DNA from: Selaginella moellendorffii | Taxonomy: Eukaryota > Plantae > Lycopodiophyta | Direction of reading: 5' to 3' | DNA: 64,000 bases | Assembly (NCBI RefSeq): GCF_000143415.4 | Contig: NW_003314355.1 | Location: 267,410-331,409, forward strand | Shown: piece by piece, positions 1 through 11,136 of the stretch | How positions within the stretch are numbered: position 1 is the stretch's first letter | How the letters are laid out: every line of letters starts with the position of its first letter | Program-made: the position numbers and the translations under genes | The notes under the pieces: model-generated | Told to the model about the DNA's origin: nothing | Seen by the model: only the letters and a program-made list of their open reading frames with translations | Databases searched by the model: none

Positions 1-510
1 TGGGATCAATATTTGACAAGCATTCTTCCATTTGTCCGAGCAGAGTCCGCTGAACACTTAGGCCGTGTACAAGTGGGACAACAACGGCGCTACAATTCCC
101 ATCATCGTCCACCTGCAGAGTACAAAGTGGATGATTTGGTGTTAGTCCGTTTTCCCTATCTTACGGTACGTGGTTTATCTAAGGGGCTCCTTGCGCAGTG
201 GAAAGGACCATATCGGGTGTTGCGGCAAGTTGGACCACAAGTTTATGAGGTTCGGCATGACGTTTAGCAGGCCGATCCTCCGGAGATTGTGCATGTGCAA
301 CGGTTAAAATGCTTCATACAAAGGGATCAGGAGCAGTTAATACCATCTACAGATCCACCGATGCCTCCTCCTGACGTTCCTCCAGATCCCGGCCCTTCTA
401 CAAGAGAACCCTGATGGCCTTCCATTATTTTGAGAGGAGGAGATGATGTGAGGACCAAGTGTACGGCTACGATGCCGTATACTAATATTAGCGTAGTGGG
501 ATTTTGGTAG
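1..510 (+). mobile_element. 3' end of a Ty3/gypsy LTR retrotransposon (integrase C-terminus, PPT, start of 3' LTR), interrupted by a nested element; the LTR appears to resume at ~8415
   Basis: The frame gives 'KGLLAQWKGPYRVLRQVGPQVYEV' (GPY/F motif), an in-frame stop at 265-267, then 'IVHVQRLKCF'. A purine tract GAGAGGAGGAGATGA at 432-446 is followed by TG at 447. After the nested element, 8415-8470 contains a TATATAAG box. Confidence 0.8.
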
Positions 511-2429
511 TGTAAGCGACTAAATTTTCCATTCTACTTTAGTCACTTAACCACACCTCTGACCACTTGGAGGAGTCTCATTCACAACCTCCATAAGTCC
601 AATCCAGGACTTGGGACTTGCTAGCCCCGAGAATGGCATCCATGCCACTCAACATTTGCACTTGGTCCAAGTGCTCCACGTGTCCGATCCCATGACCGAC
701 ACTCAAAGGTACCACCGACATAGCTGCCCGTTACGCTAAGGCCATGCCTAATCACCTTTGCCACACTGGTAGTCCAATACCACTTGCATCACCGTCTTGG
801 CTCTCCAAGACTAGGCAAACCATCCGTGAGTGGTCATCTCAGATCCACTCCTTAGCATCCTTAGGATGCCCACCAACAAGGGGAATAGCCTTCCCCAATA
901 TCCCTCTGTCAGTCCCCACTAAGTCCCTTTCTGCCCCTGGCTGTGTTTGCCAACACTGCCACTGGATCGAGACCCACAGGCCCGACCACTAAGTCCCACG
1001 GTCCTCTGGGACTTCCCCACCACACGACTGTGTCCTTGGTCACTACCCCAAAGGACTGCTCCTCTTCCTTTCCACAGTCTGGGCCTTTGGGACAACATTT
1101 CGGAACACCGTGGCCTTACGCGAGCCATCTGGGTACTCTCCTCGCCTTCTGCCCTTGGGTGCTCTAGCCATGGGCTTAGAGCGGGTTCCGTTGAGCCACA
1201 CCAGGTATCCAAGTAGGTAGTGCCACCCACACTTGGACTGGGAGCATCGGCCAGTCGATCTCCCGGGGGAACTAGAGCCGGCTCTTGAACACTTCACCAA
1301 GCTACCCCGCTTGTCGGTCTGTGTTCACTCTAGTCTTGGACTTCCCAGTGGGCAGCTCATCACCCAACACTGGGTCCGGCCTTCCTGGGCCAAACTGGCC
1401 TTTCCTGGCCAAACTGGCTCCACTGCAGTCCTCCCCCTACTATACTTTTGGAGCTCACCAAACCCCCCAGGGTCTGGGAGACGAACGCTTTGGGCTTTCA
1501 CCCTCTCAGGCTCAGACTCAGACTCGGACTCGGACTCGGACTCGGACTCGGACTCGGACTCAGACTCGGACTCGGATTCGGACTCGGACTCGGGCTCGGG
1601 CTCGGTCTCGGCCTCGGCCTCGGTCTCGGTCTCGGTCCCGATCTCGGTCTCGGTCTCGGTCCCGGTCTCGGTCTCGACTTCGGACTCCATCTCGGACTCC
1701 ATCTCGGACTCCATCTCGGACTCCATCTCGGGTCCACCTCGGACTCCATCTCGGACTCCATCTCGGGTCCATCTCGGACTCCATCTCGGACTCCATTTCG
1801 GGTCCATCTCGGGTCCACCTCGGACTCCATCTCGGACTCCATCTCGGACTCCATCTCGGGTCCATCTCGGACTCCACTTCGGACTCCAACTCGGGTCCAT
1901 CTCGGGTCCACCTCGGACTCCACTTCGGACTCCATCTTGGACTCCATCTCGGGTCCATCTCGGACTCCACTTCGGACTCCAACTCGGGTCCATCTCGGGT
2001 CCACTTCGGACTCCACTTCGGACTCCATCTCGGACTCCACCTCGGGTCCATCTCGGACTCCACTTCGGACTCCAACTCGGGTCCATCTCGGACTCCACTT
2101 CGGACTCCAACTCGGGTCCATCTCGGACTCCACTTCGGACTCCAACTCGGGTCCATCTCGGACTCCACTTCGGACTCCAACTCGAGTCCATCTCGGACAC
2201 TCCCACGTGTTATGTGTTGGTCCTTTTGGGTCCCTTTTTGGAGCCTCGCCTTTTGCTCGCTTCGTGCTCGTTCCTCGAGCACTTCGTTGGGAGTTCCACT
2301 CCCACTCTTGACTTTTCAAGTCAGAGCTTTTGGTCCAAATGTGTTACGCTCGTTTGGCTCTCGCTTCGGCCACTACCATGTGGCACCCTTCCGGCTCCAC
2401 TTTGGGGCCTAGGGATTTTGTGTCTCACA
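511..2429 (-). repeat. 3' LTR (1919 bp)
   Basis: Direct repeat of 6526-8409, bounded by TGTAAGCGAC...GTGTCTCACA. Confidence 0.95.
1510..2197. repeat. Tandem array inside the LTR: CTCGGN hexamers grading into 12-/11-mers (CTCGGACTCCAT / CTCGGGTCCAT) and a 35-bp higher-order unit
   Basis: Directly visible. Four perfect copies of CTCGGGTCCATCTCGGACTCCACTTCGGACTCCAA at 2041-2180. Equivalent arrays at ~7525-8177 and ~24672-25240. Confidence 0.97.
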
Positions 2430-5400
2430 ACTCCACCACCCATAGACGAAGTTCGATGTCCTCATCGAACGGTGAACCATTTTATAAAGTAACACCCGCA
2501 TGTGTTACCATTTCCATCCTTGGCGCGTAGCCAATATTTGTCAATGGTGTGACATTGAAGGCTCACCATGCCTTCTCCATATTCGTCAATGGTTGGACAT
2601 TGAAGGCTCACCATGCCTTTTGCATATCCTCTAAGGAGGGTAGTCTCTCCAACTTAGAGACTGATTGGACCACATATAGTGGTTCTTTCCTTTTATTGGT
2701 TTAGTTCTCGCTAAACCTCTTAGAGACCCTTCTTTAAGTCAATCCCACTACTCCTTCTCGAGTAGTCTCAGTTTCCATCGATATAACCTTTGCACTTTGG
2801 AACTTTGAATTTTGACTTTCTTGGAGTCAATTTCCTAGGTGTCTCCGACACCTTGCCTTGCACCTTTTTGTGCAACTCCACTTCCCATCCTAGGAAGTTC
2901 TCCACTAGAGGGCACCATCATCCTCTCTTCTATTTCGTGCCAAAGTTCCAGTTATCATACTTGGTGCTAGGGCTATTCATGGCCCTATCATTTGGCTACC
3001 TTACCGCTCCCTCCCTTGGAGCTTCCACTTTCGCCAAATCGGAGCATTTCGGAATCCCTCCTTAGAAACACACTTCCTTTCCCGCAACTTGTTAGCGTCC
3101 AACACATTAGTGTTCCTCGCCTAACTTTGTCACTTGGATTCCTTCCAAGGGATTCCACGGCCCTATCTTGGCCACTCATCTTTTGCTCCTATCCGTTGAT
3201 TGTTGCACCAAGCAACATCGAATCTCTACCTCCCTCCTTGAGGTATTGTTTCGGTTCCATAGCAAAGACTCCTCTTTGCCAAGTCCGGAGGATGTTCACC
3301 CCTAGTATGTCTCTTTAGCATCTTCTGCTATGGGCTCTATCCACGGCCCAACTTCGTGACCCTCCCATAGGTCTTTTATAGAGACTACTTTCCTCGGACT
3401 CACTATGCCATCGCACGGACATAGTTTATTTCCCTTAGGTGCTCTTCCCACTTGGTCATCACGACCAAGCCACACCACCTTAAACAGTTCAATTTCAACA
3501 TTTTGAACCAGGAACTTCATTCCTTAGCCAACCAAGGACCTTGTCCTTATCTGGCCATAAGATCACCTAGTGATCTCACCTTGGCAGAGTTGCCAAGAGG
3601 TACTTGGTCTTCTAGACCTCCAAGTTGTTGACTATAACCCCGGGGGCATCCCCCACACTTGGCGGTGCACCCAAGCTAGCCCTTACGGCCAAGGGTTCAT
3701 AGCAACTAAGATTAGGTGTCCCCATCTCACTCACCACGACCTTGGTGCCACTTGCACCAAAGCATTCAAGTTAGATATGCGGAGCTTTCACACTAAGCAA
3801 TCTAACCGTGCATCACGACTCCGAGGCATCCCTCGCTTGGCGGTGTGCCCAAACCAGTCTCCCCACTGAGAGTCCATGACCACCGAAATATGAGTGTCCT
3901 CATATTCCAAACCATCACCACGCCCTAGTGATTTGGGACTCGAACCCAAGCACTAGAGGGTCGGGACTCGAACCCAACCTCCGTATATGCATCTATGGAC
4001 GGCATCACACAAGATGCCTGGCGTGACTCCCCACGCCGGTGCACCAACTTATTTTTAAAGCGCGCTACAGATCACAGCTTAGGAACCTAGTTCCTCCACA
4101 CTGCCAAGTCCTCTCACTCGACATGTCTGTGATCATGCATGGACTCCTCCATGCTCGGCCCCATGGCCCACCCTTTTTGAAGTTATCACCTTCAACTAGG
4201 GTATTTGTTCCCCCGACGTGCCAATCTTGCTTGGCAAGTCCTCCGACCACTGTAACATGGTTCCTGCATAAGCGTGAAAGTCCTTGACCATCGACTTTCG
4301 TTCAAAGCCCTCTCTTTGAACACTCGGGAACTACTTCCCTAACCTTGATAGCCTTGCCTCATGGCAAGCTTCAAGACCACGCTTCTGCTGCGCCACTCTG
4401 ATTTCGCGCGTTCCATGAACCATTTACACTTGGCCTTTCTAGGTACTAAGCTACCTAGAATCATCTTTGGGAACCTTGAAGGAACTCTGTCCCTCAGCTT
4501 GCTAAGGCCTCCCCTTTTGCAAGCCTTCCAAATGCCACATAGTCTAAAATGGACAATTCCATATTTTAGACTCTCCATGGCATCACGGTTGCTAGCGGCA
4601 ACACCCTCGAGCCCCCACTTGATTCTCCACTCCCAGCTGGCATAACCAACCTTGGTTATGCCTTTTGATTCCTACGATTCGGTTCTATCCCCTTATTTCT
4701 TGCTTTATGGCTTCACACCTTTCCTTTGGTCATTCTCCTCCAGACCAGGAGGATAGCTTTGCACTTTCTATCATGCTTTAGCAAGTATTCTTAGGGATGA
4801 ACCTACCCAATAGCCTAGGGAGTGGTTCCTCAATCCGGGTATGCTCACCTTATAATCCCACACACTGGGATTACATTGTTGCTTATGGGCCTTTACATGC
4901 CCATCACTAGCCTTGCCAAAATTCCATTTTTGGCTTTGTCCAACTCGGGTAGACAGTCCTCTCCTGTCTTCGCAACCTTGGACATTGGGATAGCACCTTC
5001 TATCCATCATTCGCTAGGGACTTAGTCCCTTGGGCTTTATCCATTGCCCTCGCGACATCAAACACCACCTTCTGGTGTTCTAGAGTGTTCGGGTGTCCCA
5101 ATGATGGCTTTCTTGACAATGAGTATTTCCTTTTATGACATTGACTTACTATATCGCAACACAAGCAATTTATCCCCCGTAAGGGTATATCCAACTTCCC
5201 TATACTATTAAGAAGTCTTGGGTAGCTACCTTCTACCCGTTTAACCAGTTATTTTGCACCTCTTGCTTAGTTGCCTCATAGTTGTCAAGTCCTACAACTC
5301 ATTGCTTGGTGCTTTCACACCTCCATCATTATCTGGGTCACCACACTCCAACTGCATGCTCTGCAGCTTAGGCTATGCTATTCCCATTTCCATTGGGATT

Positions 5401-6510
5401 CCTTTGGCAAGGGGTTCTCATGAACCCACCAACATAGCCTCAAGGTATCACACCTTGGCACATTTGGTGTCTCCACACCATTGGCTCCACGAGCCTACCT
5501 CTATGACATTTCCCCTTCGTGTCTAAGTCTTTGCCAAGACCAACACCGCTCTTTCTCATGTCAACCATCCGTTAGCACTGCACCATAGAGGTCACACACA
5601 ACTTTCTGTCAAAGTTGTTTTCTTCTGGGAACACCTTTCCCATAACTTTAGCATGGCATATTTTGCCATCGATGAGATACCCTCTGTTCTCATCCTTGGA
5701 TCCTATGATCCCCCCCCCCATCCTTTGTGGGGTACAACACACCTTAGTCCAAATGCTTCCATCAGTCCTTTTAGGACCATCCATTGACTCTACTTGAGTC
5801 ATCCAGTAGTTTTGGACTTGGTTAATCCACAGACCCGTAAGGTCCTACTTGTGAGGCACTAGCTCACTGGAATACACTTCTTGCATTCCTGTCCTACTCA
5901 AAAGGACTATTTTCACAAGTGTTACTCCGACACTTGATTTTGTTCTCTAGGGGCAACCTTTGCCCCTTAGGACTACTTGTCCATGTGATGAGAACACCAA
6001 CTCATCCACTTAATACACCCCCAACTCCTTGGGTTGTTCCAGCATTTATTAGAGGTAGCCCCGGCTACCTTTTCAAGGACTTGAGTCCTCTTCCGTATTT
6101 GACCTCCCACGGTCATTACTTCTGGTCTCACATTCATGAGCACCAACCTCAACTATATGAGGAAAATCTTGTGACTCCTTTATTGCTTTGGAGTCTTTAT
6201 CTTTCCCGTGATCCCAACTGTAGTTATTTACCACAACTACATTAGCTAGTTTGCTAAGTCAAACGCTCATCTGGATCACATCCTCAACTCCTTGAGGAAA
6301 ACCATATACTGTTCCCAAGATCCCAAAGTCGTTCCATTATTGGCCCTTTTCTATCCACCACCTTGTCTACAAGTTCACCCATGAACTGTAATGAAGAGCC
6401 ATATCTTCCCGACTTGCTACTCCTCAAGGATAGGCCCACTTCTCGGACCTTCCGTTGCCAACACCAGTGGTGATATACTTGAGCACCAATAAAAGTCGGA
6501 CTAAGGAACA

Positions 6511-6522
6511 GCTCCGATACCA
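6511..6522 (-). promoter_or_regulatory. Primer-binding site (tRNA-iMet type)
   Basis: Reverse complement is TGGTATCGGAGC, 3 nt inside the 5' LTR end; the canonical plant Met-i PBS is TGGTATCAGAGC. Confidence 0.88.
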
Positions 6523-6525
6523 AAT

Positions 6526-8409
6526 TGTAAGCGACTAAATTTTCCATTCTACTTTAGTCACTTAACCACACTTCTGACCACTTGGAGGAGTCTCATTCAC
6601 AACCTCCATAAGTCCAATCCAGGACTTGGGACTTGCTAGCCCCGAGAATGGCATCCATGCCACTCAACATTTGCACTTGGTCCAAGTGCTCCACGTGTCC
6701 GATCCCATGACCGACACTCAAAGGTACCACCGACATAGCTGCCCGTTACGCTAAGGCCATGCCCAATCACCTTTGCCACACTGGTAGTCCAATACCACTT
6801 GCATCACCATCTTGGCTCTCCAAGACTAGGCAAACCATCCGTGAGTGGTCATCTCAAATCCATTCCTTAGCATCCTTAGGATGCCCACCGACAAGGGGAA
6901 TAGCCTTCCCCAATATCCCTCTGTCAGTCCCCACTAAGTCCCTTTCTGCCCCTGGCCGTGTTTGCCAACACTGCCACTGGATCGAGACCCACAGGCCCGA
7001 CCACTAAGTCCCACGGTCCTCTGGGACTTCCCCACCACACGACTGTGTCCTTGGTCACTACCCCAAAGGACTACTCCTCTTCCTTTCCACAGTCTGGGCC
7101 TTTGGGACAACATTTCGGAACACCGTGGCCTTACGCGAGCCATCTGGGTACTCTCCTCGCCTTCTGCCCTTGGGTGCTCTAGCCATGGGCTTAGAGCGGG
7201 TTCCGTTGAGCCACACCAGGTATCCAAGTAGGTAGTGCCACCCACACTTGGACTGGGAGCATCGGCCAGTCGATCTCCCGGGGGAACTAGAGCCGGCTCT
7301 TGAACACTTCACCAAGCTACCCCGCTTGTCGGTCTGTGTTCACTCTAGTCTTGGACTTCCCAGTGGGCAGCTCATCACCCAACACTGGGTCCGGCCTTCC
7401 TGGGCCAAACTGGCCTTTCCTGGCCAAACTGGCTCCACTGCAGTCCTCCCCCTACTATACTTTTGGAGCTCACCAAACCCCCTAGGGTCTGGGAGACGAA
7501 CGCTTTGGGCTTTCACCCTCTCAGGCTCGGACTCGGACTCGGACTCGGACTCGGACTCGGACTCAGACTCGGACTCGGATTCGGACTCGGACTCGGGCTC
7601 GGGCTCGGTCTCGGCCTCGGCCTCGGTCTCGGTCTCGGTCCCGATCTCGGTCTCGGTCTCGGTCCCGGTCTCGGTCTCGACTTCGGACTCCATCTCGGAC
7701 TCCATCTCGGACTCCATCTCGGGTCCACCTCGGACTCCATCTCGGACTCCATCTCGGGTCCATCTCGGACTCCATCTCGGACTCCATTTCGGGTCCACCT
7801 CGGACTCCATCTCGGACTCCATCTCGGACTCCATCTCGGGTCCATCTCGGACTCCACTTCGGACTCCAACTCGGGTCCATCTCGGGTCCACCTCGGACTC
7901 CACTTCGGACTCCATCTTGGACTCCATCTCGGGTCCATCTCGGACTCCACTTCGGACTCCAACTCGGGTCCATCTCGGGTCCACTTCGGACTCCACTTCG
8001 GACTCCATCTCGGACTCCACCTCGGGTCCATCTCGGACTCCACTTCGGACTCCAACTCGGGTCCATCTCGGACTCCACTTCGGACTCCAACTCAGGTCCA
8101 TCTCGGACTCCACTTCGGACTCCAACTCGGGTCCATCTCGGACTCCACTTCGGACTCCAACTCGAGTCCATCTCGGACACTCCCACGTGTTATGTGTTGG
8201 TCCTTTTGGGTCCCTTTTTGGAGCCTCGCCTTTTGCTCGCTTCGTGCTCGTTCCTCGAGCACTTCGTTGGGAGTTCCACTCCCGCTCTTGACTTTTCAAG
8301 TCGGAGCTTTTGGTCCAAACGTGTTACGCTCGTTTGGCTCTCGCTTCGGCCACTACCATGTGGCACCCTTCCGGCTCCACTTTGGGGCCTAGGGATTTTG
8401 TGTCTCACA
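6526..8409 (-). repeat. 5' LTR (1884 bp)
   Basis: Direct repeat of 511-2429, adjacent to the PBS. Confidence 0.95.
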
Positions 8410-8469
8410 GGTAGCCGTCGGATTGATTTCAATCCGGACCACTCGCTTCTGTATATAAGCTAGGGTTTT

Positions 8470-10950
8470 TGGGCTAATTGATATGCACATTTCTGTATTC
8501 CCTTTCTATATTCCATGCACTCACATATATGTGTGTGTGCATGTGTGTGTGTAAAAGTAAGATTTAACATGAAAAACCACACACAGACTTAAGGATCAAT
8601 AATGTACTCATGTTTGTGATCCCATACCATAAAGTCTAGAAAACAAGCAAGGAAATGCTCATTGATAGGAATTCTTTGAATTTGCTTTAACTTTAAAATA
8701 CACACTCAATGTGTGAAAAACTATTTGCAAAAAAGAAAATAAAATTACCTATTTTGATGTAGCATAAATATCTTGAACCAATTGGATGCTGCAAAATCCT
8801 TGTCATCAACTAGACAAATCAATTAGACTGCTTATAAGCTTTATTTCATTAAAATGGGACTTTTGTTGTCTCATTTAAGCTGTTTATACATTATTATCCA
8901 AGAAAATAATAAGTTTTTTTCTCTTATAAAAAAGAATTGAGTGTGAGGTTTGGGTATAAAATCTATATCCAAATTCCAGGTCCAAGATTTTTATATAAAA
9001 CACTCATTTTATAGTAAATTTCTATAAACCTAAATCTCAAATTTAGAAATAATTCCTATTTTAACAAAATAGAGTTTTTATGGAGTTTACTTTATGGTAT
9101 TGAAATTAGCACTACAAATGTAGGCTTGAACTAATTCAGCTAAGGTGCTCATAAAATTTCCCAAATCATACAAGGCTATCTTTGTCAAACCCTATTCAGA
9201 CAAAAACACATTAAACTGAAATTAATTGAATGGAAAGGTTTGTTACTTTTTAAAAACATTGTCCTACAAACATAAAAAACCATAATAGTGTAGCATAACA
9301 CAGCCTCAAAATCTTACCACTCCTACTAGGTTGTTATGGTTGCTATGAATAATGAAGATTTAAAAACTAACATTGTGATGTGGATCCTTATAGTTAGCAT
9401 GTCCAAACCTGAATAATTTTTTAGAAAAACAATAAATCATATTATTTTTGTTTGAATAAACAGTTATATTATTAACACTTGACAAATAAATAAATGAATA
9501 TACACAGCTCAAAACTTGGAATTGCACAGGTACATTGTTCAAACAATACAAGCACAATATCTCAATTGTCTTACCCAACAAAGGACAATTTAATGATTAC
9601 CCAAGCCAAAGAGCTTAGAGAACCAATAGTTCATGAATGAGAACTATGCTCTCAAAGTTTTGGACATGGTACACATTTGAAGCTTTTGGTTTCACAATTT
9701 TTATCCACACTAAGACTTTATGCCCATTGCATCAATTTACACAAGCATAATCCTATTATTCTTCAATTAGAGTTTTAGGATCTAAATAATTAATCTTTAT
9801 TCAACACTTCATTATAACACCACTTTAGTAGTTTGAGATCATATGCAAAAGTTCTTCACTCATTGATTAAGTCTTTTACATAAAACTTCTTCACTTTTCA
9901 ATTATTCATTTGAATTCAATTAGCAACAAAACACTTTCAATGGCATATTGAAATTTTAATTTACACAATATAATTGTGTTGGCTGATTCCTTCTTTGCTT
10001 TGGTTGTGGCTTCATTATGATCAAAGCACTTAAAGCACTGCCACTCAAGTGTATAGGTGTTTTGAGGGGCATAACAAGTGTTAGTGGCTACATTAGGTTA
10101 ATTTACTAGAGTGCATAAATGTGGCATTAGCCCAAATGTGAAAGGAGTAACTCACCTTTAATCATGAATTCCATATGGAGAGCAACAAAGGTATAACTAT
10201 ATTAGTATGACATTATAGGATTGGTGTGGTGGCATTACACTTATATAATGTGATGGAAGGCTAAAAACAATAATCCCAGTTTAAAAGGATTGTCCACATG
10301 GTAGTGAGGAGTGAACTTCACAATAGTAATAGCATTACTATCACTAGAGATTGTATACTCCTCTCAAGTTTATTGCACAGTGAGATTCAAAATTATACCT
10401 CGTTAGAGGAAGGGCCTTTTATATCTCTGGGAAATTATAAATGCTTTACAGATGAATATTAAGCAAGAGCAGTGTACCTCTATTGATTTCATGATTAACT
10501 CAAGTCCCTTACATCAATATAAAGATGGCAAACTCACATAAGAAAGATACAAATTAAAGATGATAGATAAAGCATAAACTTCACAACCAATAAAGATATT
10601 AAAACATGCATTTGTGAACATAATTTTGAATGGCATGAAATTCTCCATGCTTACCACCCATCAACTCCAACTTAAGGGAGCATTGCACTACCTCCATTCC
10701 CCTCCATGCACATTACTCATAGTTTTTTTTAGGAAAAAACAAAAAAAACAAACATTCCTATCTTACCATCTGTGTAATGTTAATCTTCTTGGCAAATGCT
10801 TCAATCTGTTTGCCATACTCTTGAGCTTTCTCCATTGAAATGCTGCCATGGTGTAAGAAAAGAAAAGAAAACCAAATTGTTAGCAATGTATGAATCTAGA
10901 GCTACAATCCACCTGGGAAAATTTTGCTAAGCTTTGTCTCTGGTAAGAAT
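8470..10950 (-). pseudogene. AT-rich, CpG-depleted relic of an intron-containing gene or DNA transposon (family uncertain)
   Basis: I found only one CG dinucleotide (10401) in ~2.5 kb. Exon-like remnants on the minus strand include 'SMEKAQEYGKQIEAFAKKINITQM' followed by a GTAAG donor, 'LCLYC' and 'KKLFRFGH'. Confidence 0.4.
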
Positions 10951-11136
10951 GGTGAGGAGCTCTCTAGCTGTCAGCACATATTACAATCCCTCATCATTAT
11001 CGATCGAATCGGGATCCACTCAAAACAATGACAACCGGAGGACTCCTCGCAAAGGTGTAAAACAAAAGAGGAGTAGATTAAAAACCACAAATCAGCACCG
11101 CCTTTAGAGTTCATTTCGCACTGTGGGTTTAGGGCT

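Larger units (their letters stand above)
511..8409 (-). mobile_element. Full-length non-autonomous (LARD-like) LTR retrotransposon, recent insertion
   Basis: Two near-identical LTRs (511-2429 and 6526-8409, TGT...ACA ends) with a 5-bp TSD GGTAG at 506-510 and 8410-8414. The minus-strand PBS is TGGTATCGGAGC (tRNA-iMet type, one mismatch) at 6511-6522, and a PPT-like GGGTGGTGGAG lies at 2431-2441. The 4.1-kb interior has no long ORF and no intact gag/pol motif that I could recognise. Confidence 0.92.

Noticed and set aside
1680-2197. Regular repeat array as a possible CRISPR
   Set aside because: No unique spacers, eukaryotic context and no cas genes
1233-2492. Long ORFs in all six frames (SD/RT/LG-rich; also 7248-8392 and 24361-25846)
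   Set aside because: Artefacts of the stop-free tandem array within the LTRs; frames shift between LTR copies
3860-3910. Hammerhead-like CTGAGA...GAAA followed by a stem
   Set aside because: The core is not CUGANGA, there are extra bases before GAAA, and no stem I forms
3925-3980. A tRNA gene
   Set aside because: Only T-arm-like hairpins; no D arm, anticodon arm or acceptor stem
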